From positions 55,421-119,420 of the forward strand of contig JAMLJC010000002.1 in the NCBI GenBank assembly GCA_023953845.1: DNA of 64,000 nt, in the 5' to 3' direction. Positions within the stretch are counted from its first letter, which is position 1; every line of letters begins with the position of its first letter. The position numbers and the translations under genes were made by a program. The stretch is from Rhizobiaceae bacterium (GTDB taxonomy: Bacteria > Pseudomonadota > Alphaproteobacteria > Rhizobiales > Rhizobiaceae). Below are positions 44,703 to 53,328 of this stretch, one piece after another. A model generated the notes under the pieces. The model made no database searches and was not told where the DNA came from. It was given only the letters and a program-made list of their open reading frames with translations.

Positions 44703-45428
44703 TTACTGCGCGGGCGGCGGCTCCCAGCCGGTCAGGGCGGGTTCCCAGCCGGGGAACCAGATCAGCAGCTGGATCTGGATGAGACGATCCCAGCCGAGCA
44801 GGATGGCCACGCCGGTCAGCACGATCAGGGCGCCAAGCACACGCTGGATGCGGGTGGAGTTCGCCTGGAACCATGACAGCCGGGTGACCAGCCTGCGGCC
44901 GCCGAGAATGATCGCCGCCATAGGCAGCGCGGTTCCAAGCGAGAATGCGAGCGTGACCAGCACCGCGCCGGCGTCTACCTGCTGGTTCAGCGCCAGCGTG
45001 ATGACGGAGGCCATGATCGGACCCACGCAGGGGCTCCAGGCGAAGCCGAGCCCGGTGCCCACGGCAAGTCCGCCGCCGAACCCGTTGGCCTGCCTCCGGC
45101 CGGCCGGCATGCGGCTGATCAGCCCGCTCGCCCAGCGCTCGAAGGCCTCATGCAGGAGTGGCACGGCGAGCACGAGGCCCAGCACGATGAGGATGATCGC
45201 GGCGAGCAGCCGGTTGAGGTCGGGCGACAGTCCGAGCGAGCGGACCAGGAAGCTGAGCGTCAGCGTCGCCAGCGTGAAGCTGCCGACGAAGCCGACGACC
45301 ACGCCGACCGGCCGCGCCTTGCCCTCCTGCGCGGCGGTCGCGAGGATCACCGGCAGGAGCGGCAGCACGCAGGGCGAAAGCACGGTGATGACGCCCGCCA
45401 GAAAGGCGAAGCCGGCGGTGATAAGCAT
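44703..45428 (-). CDS. ccdA: cytochrome c biogenesis protein CcdA / DsbD-family thiol:disulfide electron transporter
   Basis: Paired membrane Cys motifs (LSPCVLPLLPV and WSPCVGP); 241 aa, polytopic. Confidence 0.85.
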   Translation of the reverse strand: MLITAGFAFLAGVITVLSPCVLPLLPVILATAAQEGKARPVGVVVGFVGSFTLATLTLSFLVRSLGLSPDLNRLLAAIILIVLGLVLAVPLLHEAFERWASGLISRMPAGRRQANGFGGGLAVGTGLGFAWSPCVGPIMASVITLALNQQVDAGAVLVTLAFSLGTALPMAAIILGGRRLVTRLSWFQANSTRIQRVLGALIVLTGVAILLGWDRLIQIQLLIWFPGWEPALTGWEPPPAQ

Positions 45429-45440
45429 CGTTGCGGGAGA

Positions 45441-45902
45441 TCAGGAGGAGGAGTTCTTGTTCAGGCCGTCGACGCCGCCGCTGTTCCACGACTTCACCGC
45501 CCCGCCTTTCTCGTCCAGCAGCACGAACGTGTCCTGATAGGTCACGCCGAACTTGCCCTTCAGCGCCGTTTCCTTGTCGTAGTCCGCGATGACAAGGGTG
45601 ATGTCCGGGTTCACGTCGGCCCAGCGCGCATTGAGTTCAGTGACGGTGGCGCGGCAGTTCGGGCACCAGCTGGCGAAGAAAAACACCACCGTCTTGCCTT
45701 TCGCGGCGAGTTCGTTGAGCTGGTCCTCGCTCTCGAAATTGGTGACGACCGCCTTCCTGGCCTCGGCCGCAGGCGCAGCCTGCGTGACGGTCTCGCCGGT
45801 TGTCTGGGCATGCAGCGGCACAGACGAAGCAATGGCAAGAGCGAGCAGGCGGGCGATGTTTCCGGCAAACGAACGAAAGGTCATGATATGTCCTTGCCGC
45901 AT
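45441..45902 (-). CDS. periplasmic thioredoxin-fold protein (TlpA/ResA-like)
   Basis: Signal peptide plus WCPNC redox motif. Confidence 0.8.
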   Translation of the reverse strand: MRQGHIMTFRSFAGNIARLLALAIASSVPLHAQTTGETVTQAAPAAEARKAVVTNFESEDQLNELAAKGKTVVFFFASWCPNCRATVTELNARWADVNPDITLVIADYDKETALKGKFGVTYQDTFVLLDEKGGAVKSWNSGGVDGLNKNSSS

Positions 45903-46086
45903 GGATCGCGACGCTGGTGCTGAAAATACGCTGGCCCGCCAACAGCCAGAAGGAATACAGTTCTATGAAATGGCAGTTTGTCGGATATATTTTCCGATAT
46001 CCCTGCCTTTTGCGTACATTCCGGCACTCGGCTTCCGCGGGGGTTGAGCCTAAATGAGGCATCGGATTTTCAAGGGAAAGGCAATC

Positions 46087-47007
46087 ATGAAATCCCTGCT
46101 CATCAGCGCCTTCGTAGGTCTCCTCGTCGCCTTCACCGGCGTCGCGCAGGCCGAGCGCCTTACGGACCAGCCGCTGGTCGACACGCAGTGGCTGAAAGAC
46201 CATCTCGGCAACGAAAGCCTCGTGATCCTCGACATCCGCGACAAGGTCAAGGATCAGGACCCGTATGCCGAAGGGCATGTGCCCGGCGCGATCAGCGCCC
46301 GCTATTCCGATTCCGGCTGGCGCGCCCCGGTGAACGGCATCCCCGGCATGCTGCCGCCGAAGGAAGATATCGAGAAGCTCATCCAGAGCCTCGGCGTCAA
46401 CAAGGACAGCCATGTGGTGGTCATCCCGGCCGGAACCAACGCCTCGGAATTCGGCGGCGCCACCCGCGTCTACTGGACCTTCAAGGTGCTCGGCTTCGAC
46501 AATGTCTCGATCCTCGACGGCGGTTATGCCGCGTGGGACAAGGCGGGCGGCGAGCTGACCAAGGAAGCCTCCGCGCCCAAGGGCGCAGGCGATTTTACGG
46601 CGAGTTTCCGCCCCGAGCTTCTGGCGGAGGTGAAGGAAGTGCAGGACGCCATCGCCAGCGATACGAACCTGATCGACGCCCGCTCGGTCGCGCAGTTCAT
46701 CGGCAAGGAGAAGACCAACACCGTTCAGTCGCTCGGCACCGTGCCGACCTCGGTCAACGTCAACTTCGACAAGTTCTATCACAACGACAAGCCCGGCTTC
46801 GCCAGCAAGGACGAGGTCGCTGCGCTGACCAAGGCGGCCAGCGTGTCGGACGAAAAGGGCATCATCACCTTCTGCAACACCGGGCATCTCGCTTCGATCG
46901 CATGGTTCGGCCTGTCCGAAGTAGAGGGCCTGAAGAACGTGCGCCTCTATGACGGCTCGATGGCGGAATGGACCGCCGATCCGTCGCGCGAGGTCGTGGC
47001 GAACTGA
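46087..47007 (+). CDS. periplasmic thiosulfate/3-mercaptopyruvate-type sulfurtransferase (two rhodanese domains)
   Basis: Start at ATG 46087 (MKSLLISAFVGLLVAFTGVAQA). Active-site loop FCNTGHLAS. Confidence 0.85.
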   Translation: MKSLLISAFVGLLVAFTGVAQAERLTDQPLVDTQWLKDHLGNESLVILDIRDKVKDQDPYAEGHVPGAISARYSDSGWRAPVNGIPGMLPPKEDIEKLIQSLGVNKDSHVVVIPAGTNASEFGGATRVYWTFKVLGFDNVSILDGGYAAWDKAGGELTKEASAPKGAGDFTASFRPELLAEVKEVQDAIASDTNLIDARSVAQFIGKEKTNTVQSLGTVPTSVNVNFDKFYHNDKPGFASKDEVAALTKAASVSDEKGIITFCNTGHLASIAWFGLSEVEGLKNVRLYDGSMAEWTADPSREVVAN

Positions 47008-47057
47008 CCGATCCTCATGCATAAAGCGGCTCGATCTCGCACCGGGCCGCATTCATT

Positions 47058-48284
47058 TTGGAGACGGTCATGGCTGATATTACCGCGACTCAACTTTCTC
47101 CCTCGACTGCCTTTCGCATCGATCGCGGCCCGGTCACGACCGTGCTCTTCGCCCTTCTGGTTGGCACGATCGCCATCGGCACGCTTGTCGACCTGCGCCA
47201 GGCCGCGCTTTTCCTGATCGGCAGCCTTCTCGGCATCGCGCTCTATCACGGCTCGTTCGGTTTCACTGGCGGCTGGCGCCGCTTCGTTGTGGAGCGCCGT
47301 GGCCGCGCCATCCGCGCACAGATGCTGATGATCGCGGTCGCCGCGCTTGCCTTCATCCCGTTGCTTGCGGGGGGAGAAGCGTTCGGCCGTCCGCTCGTCG
47401 GCGCTGTCGCGCCGGTCGGCGTCTCCGTCCTCGTTGGCGCGGCGATGTTCGGCCTCGGCATGCAGCTCGGCGGCGGATGCGGTTCCGGCACGCTCTTCAC
47501 TGTCGGCGGCGGTTCCTCGCGCATGCTGGTGACGCTGCTGTTCTTCATCGTCGGCGCGGTCATCGGCACGGCGCATCTGCCTTGGTGGCTGGCGCGGCCG
47601 TCTTTGCCGCCGATCAGCCTCGGCACCGAACTCGGCGTGCCTCTGGCGCTGGCCGTGACGCTCGCCGGGCTTGGCGCCGTCGCGGTGTTGAGCGCCTTGT
47701 TCGAGCGCCGTACTCACGGTTCGCTGGAGGTGGCGAAGGCTCCTTCCATAGGGGGCTGGCAGCGTCTGCTTTACGGCCCGTGGCCGCTGGTCGGCGCGGG
47801 CCTCGCGCTCGCCGGGCTCAACATCGCCACGCTGCTGACCGCCGGCCATCCGTGGTCTGTCACCTACGGCTTCGGCCTGTGGGGCGCCAAGGCCGCGCAG
47901 GCGGTGGGCGTTCCGGTCGCGACGTGGGAGTTCTGGACTTGGCCGGCGCAGGCCAAGGCCTTGCAGGCGAGCGTGCTGGAAGACATCACCTCCGTCATGG
48001 ATTTCGGCATCATCCTGGGCGCGGCGCTCGCTGCCGGCCTCGCGGGCAAGTTCGCGCCGAAGGCAGCGCTGCCTTTCGCCTCGCTCCTCGCAGCCGCGAT
48101 CGGCGGCATATTGATGGGCTATGGCGCGCGGCTCTCCTTCGGCTGCAACATCGGCGCCCTGTTCAGCGGCATTGCGTCCGGCAGCGTGCATGGGTGGCTC
48201 TGGCTTGCCTGCGCCTTTGCCGGCAGCCTCGCGGGTGTCTGGCTGCGTCCGCTCTTCGGTCTGGACGGGTTCAGGAAGTCATGA
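47058..48284 (+). CDS. YeeE/YedE family sulfur-compound (thiosulfate-type) transporter
   Basis: Duplicated motifs (GGGCGSGTLF and RLSFGCNIGALFSG); 408 aa, polytopic. Confidence 0.85.
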   Translation: METVMADITATQLSPSTAFRIDRGPVTTVLFALLVGTIAIGTLVDLRQAALFLIGSLLGIALYHGSFGFTGGWRRFVVERRGRAIRAQMLMIAVAALAFIPLLAGGEAFGRPLVGAVAPVGVSVLVGAAMFGLGMQLGGGCGSGTLFTVGGGSSRMLVTLLFFIVGAVIGTAHLPWWLARPSLPPISLGTELGVPLALAVTLAGLGAVAVLSALFERRTHGSLEVAKAPSIGGWQRLLYGPWPLVGAGLALAGLNIATLLTAGHPWSVTYGFGLWGAKAAQAVGVPVATWEFWTWPAQAKALQASVLEDITSVMDFGIILGAALAAGLAGKFAPKAALPFASLLAAAIGGILMGYGARLSFGCNIGALFSGIASGSVHGWLWLACAFAGSLAGVWLRPLFGLDGFRKS

Positions 48285-48613
48285 GTTCACGCAATACGTT
48301 CCTGTTCGGCACGGTCCTGCTGGCCGCCACCGCTGCCGTCGCGGCAGACCATATCGCATCGGCGGGCCGTGCCGCGCCGCCTGCGCAGGCCGCCGCGCCT
48401 GCGCCGACGGCGTCTCCCGCAGAGGAGGCAAATCCCTGCGCAGCGGGCAACCCCTGCGCGGCTTCCAACCCCTGTGCCGCAGGGAATCCGTGTGCGGCCT
48501 CGAACCCTTGCGCCGCCTCGAACCCTTGTGCGGCGGCGCCGGCCGACGCCAATCCCTGCGCAGCTTCCAACCCTTGTGCTGCGGCGAACCCTTGCGCGGC
48601 GGGCGCGCAATGA
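48281..48613 (+). CDS. secreted Cys-rich repeat protein, nine NPCAA units (110 aa)
   Basis: ATG 48281 overlaps the yeeE stop, and TGA 48611 overlaps the next ATG. Signal peptide MSSRNTFLFGTVLLAATAAVAA, an Ala/Pro linker, then NPCAAG/NPCAAS hexapeptide repeats. Confidence 0.7.
   Translation: MSSRNTFLFGTVLLAATAAVAADHIASAGRAAPPAQAAAPAPTASPAEEANPCAAGNPCAASNPCAAGNPCAASNPCAASNPCAAAPADANPCAASNPCAAANPCAAGAQ
48431..48604 (+). repeat. imperfect 18-bp tandem coding repeat (9 units, one with a 12-nt insertion)
   Basis: AAY CCN TGY GCN GCN NNN iterated. The units differ mostly at synonymous positions. Confidence 0.9.
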
Positions 48614-49191
48614 CGACGCCGGAGGATCGCGACCGGGCTGAACAGGAGGCGCGCTACTGCGAGAATATCCTCGCCAAGGGCGGGCTCAACGTTTTGCTCG
48701 AAACGCTGGCGGAAGCGAAATCCGTCGAGGCGTGGTCGCACTATCCGAAGGGAGACGTGTTCGACCCGGAGACCGGCGCGCAATGGTACTATCACGCGCA
48801 TGTCCCGGCCTTCGACGGGGTCGAGCATGGCCACTTCCACTGCTTCGTCCGGTCCGACGAGAAGCAGGGGCCGGTGCATCATCTGATCGCCATTGGCGTC
48901 GATGCGCATGGGCGCCTGCACCGGCTCTTCACCGTGAACCAATGGGTCGTTGGCGATACCTGGCTCGATGCCGAAGCCACCATCGCGCTCCTGCCACGCT
49001 TCGACGTGCAGATGCCGAAGCCCTCCTATCTGGTCAATCGCTGGCTGTCGGCGATGCTCCGCCGTTACGAGCCCGAGATCGCCGACCTCATCCGCGAGCG
49101 TGACAGGGTCCTCGCCTCGCACGTCCCGGCAAATGGTATCACGACGCGCGAGGACAGGTCACTGGAGGTGACCTCGGTCCTGATGATTTGA
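48610..49191 (+). CDS. conserved-looking hypothetical protein with His cluster (193 aa)
   Basis: MTTPEDRDRAEQEARYCENIL...WYYHAHVPAFDGVEHGHFHCFV.... Translationally coupled (ATGA) to the repeat protein gene. I could not assign a family. Confidence 0.6.
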   Translation: MTTPEDRDRAEQEARYCENILAKGGLNVLLETLAEAKSVEAWSHYPKGDVFDPETGAQWYYHAHVPAFDGVEHGHFHCFVRSDEKQGPVHHLIAIGVDAHGRLHRLFTVNQWVVGDTWLDAEATIALLPRFDVQMPKPSYLVNRWLSAMLRRYEPEIADLIRERDRVLASHVPANGITTREDRSLEVTSVLMI

Positions 49192-49333
49192 CGAAAACTG
49201 AAGTTGCGAAGCGCAAGTCGCTGACCGGCGCGGAACGTGCGCACCCGAGCGCTCACCTAGATGAGCCATGACGCTTGCGCCGGAATTGGCGTGAAGTCTC
49301 GCAACTTTCTGCGGGCATCTGAAGGCAGGGAAT

Positions 49334-50350
49334 TCACGTTTTGGTCGAACGCCGGGCAAGGCCACCGCAGCTTTCGCGCACGATCAGCCGGGGTGCGAGA
49401 AGCTTCATGCCGAACGTCTTTTCAAGTCTGTTCTCTATCAGACCGACCAGATGCTCCGCGGCGAGCCGGCCAAGTTCGCTGGTCGGCTGGGCGATGGTGC
49501 TCAGGCGCGGAATGGTAAACTGCGATTCCTGCACGTCGTCATATCCGATAACGGCCATATCCTTCGGAATAGCGATGCCGCAGTCGGCAGCCGCGCGCAG
49601 GATACTGATGCCGGCGAGATCGAACGTGGCGAAGATCGCGCTTGGTCTGTCGGGAGCTTCGACGATTTCGCGCGCCAGTTCGTAGGTCGACTGCCGATCG
49701 AAGTCGGCGCTGTGATGCAGGACCGGCTGCAATCCGGCGCTTTCCATCGCCTGAATATATCCCTTGGCCCGTTCGCTCGGCATTTTCGACGGTCCACACA
49801 AGGCGGCGATCGAGCGATGGCCGAGCGCGATCAGGTGGTTGGTCGCCATGGCCGCGCCCGCGACGCCGTCGGTCGCCAGAAGATAGGCGTTCGGAGCGTA
49901 GTTGATGCGCCGGTCGAGCAGGATGAAGGGAACGGGAATCTCGGAGAAAAGCGCGGTGAGCTGTTCGGAGCTCGAGCCGCTGATCAGGATGAGGCCGTCT
50001 ACCTGCCTGTCGAGAAAGGTGCGCACATATCTGAGCTCGCGCTGCGCGTCCTGTTCGCTGTTGCCGAGCACCAGCGTGTAACCGAAGAGATCGGCATGGT
50101 TTTCAACGGTGCGCGCGAGCTCCGCATAGAACGGGTTCGATATGTCGGGCACGATCAGCCCGATCACGCGGGAACGCTGGCCTCGTAGTGCTTGCGCAAC
50201 GCGGTTCGGCCGATAGCCCAACTCGGCTATCGCCTTCAGGACTCGCTCCCTCGTATCCGTGGCGACGGGCCGGGGACCGTCATTGATGACGTAGCTCACC
50301 ACCGCGGTGGATGTGCCCGCGCGCCTGGCGACGTCGGCTCTGGTAACCAT
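49334..50350 (-). CDS. LacI family transcriptional regulator
   Basis: Start reassigned to ATG 50350 (MVTRADVARRAGTSTAVVSYVINDGPRPV...RVAQALR). Confidence 0.9.
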   Translation of the reverse strand: MVTRADVARRAGTSTAVVSYVINDGPRPVATDTRERVLKAIAELGYRPNRVAQALRGQRSRVIGLIVPDISNPFYAELARTVENHADLFGYTLVLGNSEQDAQRELRYVRTFLDRQVDGLILISGSSSEQLTALFSEIPVPFILLDRRINYAPNAYLLATDGVAGAAMATNHLIALGHRSIAALCGPSKMPSERAKGYIQAMESAGLQPVLHHSADFDRQSTYELAREIVEAPDRPSAIFATFDLAGISILRAAADCGIAIPKDMAVIGYDDVQESQFTIPRLSTIAQPTSELGRLAAEHLVGLIENRLEKTFGMKLLAPRLIVRESCGGLARRSTKT

Positions 50351-50405
50351 GCCTTGCCCTACCGCCTCTCCGGAAAGCTGATGATCGTGACCATCCTGCC
50401 GCCTT

Positions 50406-51290
50406 CTATGCCCAAGTGGATTGCATGTGTTCCAGAACCTTGTCGAGGAGGGCGCTGTCCGGATCGGCGAACCCGTCGATGGCCGTGAAATGATTGCCGC
50501 CCTGCTGCGGATGTAACTCCATACGGTTGCCCTTCGCCGCCCAGGCCGCTCCGAATTCCTCCGATTGCCGCCAGAATTCGGCGCTTTCCCCGGTTCCCCA
50601 GCTGACGAGCAGCGGGATCGCGTTTTCGGGCACATGCAGGATCGGACTGTTGCGGCGTATCTGCTGACCATTGAACTGGATCTTCGGTTGCAGCCAGGTG
50701 TACTGGAACGGCTCCAGGTCGTAGAGGCCGCTGATGGGGCAGGCGCCCTTGATGACGTCGGCCGGCAGCATGTAATCCCCGACCCAGTCCGTGATCGCCA
50801 TCATCGCCGTGAGATGACCGCCGGCGGAATTGCCTGTCACGTAGAGCCGATCGCGATCGCCGCCGAACGTTTCCGCGTTCCTGTAGACCCACGCCACCGC
50901 AGCGCGGCACTGGCGCACGATCTCGTCGACGGTGACTTTTGGACAGACGTCATAGTCGACGACGATGGCGGTCACGCCGCGCGCCACAAATCCGCGCGCC
51001 ACCCAAATGTAGTTTTCCTTCTTCAAACGGCCGTCGAACCAGTAGCCGCCATGGATGAAGACGACCACCGGCGCGTTCGGCGCCGCTGCCGGATAGATGT
51101 CGAGCTTTTCCATGCGCGTCGGGCCGTAATAGACGTCAGCCATCCGCTTCAATGTGGCACGCGCCTCTTCGGCCCTGGCGATGCGCTGTGCGATGATCTT
51201 CTCGAATGCTTCGGGGTCATCGATGCGGATCTCGGGCTTGTACTCCCAGTCGAGTTCCTCCTGAGTATTGAACTGGCGATAGAGCGGCAT
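50406..51290 (-). CDS. alpha/beta hydrolase (arylformamidase/esterase-like)
   Basis: VVFIHGGYW oxyanion motif and GNSAGGHL nucleophile elbow. Probable start at ATG 51290. Confidence 0.8.
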   Translation of the reverse strand: MPLYRQFNTQEELDWEYKPEIRIDDPEAFEKIIAQRIARAEEARATLKRMADVYYGPTRMEKLDIYPAAAPNAPVVVFIHGGYWFDGRLKKENYIWVARGFVARGVTAIVVDYDVCPKVTVDEIVRQCRAAVAWVYRNAETFGGDRDRLYVTGNSAGGHLTAMMAITDWVGDYMLPADVIKGACPISGLYDLEPFQYTWLQPKIQFNGQQIRRNSPILHVPENAIPLLVSWGTGESAEFWRQSEEFGAAWAAKGNRMELHPQQGGNHFTAIDGFADPDSALLDKVLEHMQSTWA

Positions 51291-51420
51291 CGGTCGAATC
51301 CTTGAGCGTTCCGCGAAGGGCGCAGGTGATCGGTAGAGCGGAACTCCATCGTCCTGCAAGCCTTCGTCGGCGCGCACGGCCAATGGAGAAATTCATATTA
51401 ATCCGACTTGCAACACCAAG

Positions 51421-51434
51421 TCTACGCGTGTAGA
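51421..51434. promoter_or_regulatory. near-palindrome TCTACGCGTGTAGA inside a larger TATTAAT...ATTAATA inverted repeat (candidate operator)
   Basis: 12 of 14 positions are symmetric. Lies in the divergent AT-rich region between the hydrolase gene and the 51558 gene, close to the LacI regulator. Confidence 0.3.
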
Positions 51435-51557
51435 TAAGTATTAATACGGCTTATCCCGATGCCATCGGGGAGTCCAGACCGTTACGGAAATTCAGGAATG
51501 TGCAACGCCGGTCGGAGTGGGCAGCGATGTCCGCTGGCGTTGGCTATGGGGGAGCGG

Positions 51558-52307
51558 ATGTCGGGCAAGATACTCATCGCAGGCGAGACGTGGTTCTCCA
51601 CCTCCGTGCACACGAAGGGCTTCGACTCCTTCACCACGACGACCTTCCATGAGGGCTATTCCTTCCTCAAGGCCGCGCTCGAAGCGAGCGGCTACGAAGT
51701 CGACGTCATCGAGAACCATGTGGCCCCGGTGAAGTTTCCCGAGACCGTCGAGGCTCTGAAGCAGTATTCTGCAATCATCCTGAGCGATATCGGCGCCAAC
51801 ACGCTGCTGCTGCATCCGAAGACATGGCTGCAGTCGGAGCGCGCCGTCAACAAGCTGGACGCGATCGCGGGCTATGTCCGTTCGGGCGGCGGACTGATCA
51901 TGGTCGGCGGCTATCTCACTTTCACCGGCATCGAGGCCAAGGGGTGCTGGAAGGACACGGTCGTCGAGGCCTGTCTGCCCGTGCGTCTGATGGCGAGCGA
52001 CGACCGACGCGAACATCCGGAAGGCGTCGTGGGCGAGATTGTAAAACCCTCCCATCCCGTGCTCGCAGGAATCGAAGGCCCGCTTCCGGCCGTTCTCGGC
52101 TACAACCGGGTCAGCCTTGCGCCAGGGGCCGAACTCCTGGCGACCGTCGATGGCGATCCGCTGATTGCCGTGGCTGAGGTCGGAAAAGGCCGCAGCGCCG
52201 TGTTCACCTCGGATTGCAGTCCGCACTGGTGCCCGACGGAGTTCGTAAACTGGCCGGGTTATGGTCAGATCTGGTCCAACCTCTGCGCCTGGACGGGCCG
52301 GCAATAG
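51558..52307 (+). CDS. class I glutamine-amidotransferase-like fold protein, function unknown
   Basis: MSGKILIAGETWFSTSVHTKGFDSF...GGGLIMVGGYLTF. SD GGGGGAG lies upstream of ATG 51558. Family assignment is from memory only. Confidence 0.5.
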   Translation: MSGKILIAGETWFSTSVHTKGFDSFTTTTFHEGYSFLKAALEASGYEVDVIENHVAPVKFPETVEALKQYSAIILSDIGANTLLLHPKTWLQSERAVNKLDAIAGYVRSGGGLIMVGGYLTFTGIEAKGCWKDTVVEACLPVRLMASDDRREHPEGVVGEIVKPSHPVLAGIEGPLPAVLGYNRVSLAPGAELLATVDGDPLIAVAEVGKGRSAVFTSDCSPHWCPTEFVNWPGYGQIWSNLCAWTGRQ

Positions 52308-52319
52308 TTCGGGCGGCGC

Positions 52320-53303
52320 ATGGCGATGATCGACATCATCCATGATTGCGACCCCGGCAACGACGATGCGTTGGGCATTCTGGTCGCGCTCGGTCATCCG
52401 CGTCTCAACCTGCTCGCGGTGACCACCGGCGCGGGCCATCTTGCCGCCGACAGGACCGCAATCAACGGCGCCATCGCCGTCGCAACGGCACGTCCGAAGG
52501 TCGCGCCGGTCTCCGCTGGCGCGGTCGGACCGCTGGTGCGCGATCGGCTGATCGCCCGCATCCTCGACATGGAAAGCGGCCTCGATGCCGAAAGGAACGA
52601 TCTTGATCGCGTGCCGCTCGATGCGTTGCACTCAGTAGATCGCATCGCGGCCGAAGCGAATGCCAGCCCCGGACTGACGATCGTTGCGACGGGCCCGCTG
52701 ACCAATCTCGCGCTGGCGTTGCGGCGCTATCCCGAAATCCGGAGCAGGATCGGCCGCATCGTCACACTCAGCGGCGCCTGGGGGCTGGGCACGAAGACCG
52801 CTGCCGCCGAGTGGAATATCCTCTGCGATCCCGAGGCCGCGGCGATCGTCTACGGTTCGGGTATCCCGATGACGATGGTGCCGGTCGACGCCAGCGGCAC
52901 TGTCCCGATTACGGCGGCGCTGATCGACAATGTCGCACGGCTGCGCGGTCCAGCCGCGTCCCTGGCGGCCGAATTGCTGGCCTCGCTGGTCACCACCTAC
53001 AGGCCGGGCGTCCTGGTGCCCCCGGAAATGCCGCTACACGATCCTTGCGCAATGCTCCTCGTCGCCCAGCCGAACATCGCAAGGACGGTGCCGGCGCGCG
53101 TCGACGTGGAAACGGCTCCTGGTCTGAACTACGGCCGCACCGTGGTCGACTTCGCGCTTCGCACGGACAAGCCGAACAACTGCGACGTGGTCATCGCCTT
53201 CGATGTTGAGGCCACCCACGCAGCCCTCGTTGGCGCGATCGGAGAGTTGTCGAGGCTTCAGCTTACCACTGAATTCGCGGCGGCTCACGCTGCAGATCTT
53301 TGA
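52320..53303 (+). CDS. nucleoside hydrolase (IUNH family)
   Basis: N-terminal DCDPGNDDALGILVAL aspartate cluster. Confidence 0.9.
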   Translation: MAMIDIIHDCDPGNDDALGILVALGHPRLNLLAVTTGAGHLAADRTAINGAIAVATARPKVAPVSAGAVGPLVRDRLIARILDMESGLDAERNDLDRVPLDALHSVDRIAAEANASPGLTIVATGPLTNLALALRRYPEIRSRIGRIVTLSGAWGLGTKTAAAEWNILCDPEAAAIVYGSGIPMTMVPVDASGTVPITAALIDNVARLRGPAASLAAELLASLVTTYRPGVLVPPEMPLHDPCAMLLVAQPNIARTVPARVDVETAPGLNYGRTVVDFALRTDKPNNCDVVIAFDVEATHAALVGAIGELSRLQLTTEFAAAHAADL

Positions 53304-53328
53304 TGTGCAAAATGAAAAGGGAACGGAC

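Noticed and set aside
45637-48191. Very long minus-strand ORFs 45637-47052 (471 aa) and 46947-48191 (414 aa)
   Set aside because: They are antisense to the well-supported rhodanese and YeeE genes. Their translations are Arg/His/Asp/Glu-rich with no motifs.
48431-48604. Tandem 18-bp repeats as a possible CRISPR or non-coding satellite
   Set aside because: There are no spacers. The period is 18 bp and in frame. Variation is mostly synonymous, within an ORF that is translationally coupled on both sides. A coding repeat is the better explanation. The mirror ORF 48271-49122 on the minus strand is an artefact of the same repeat.
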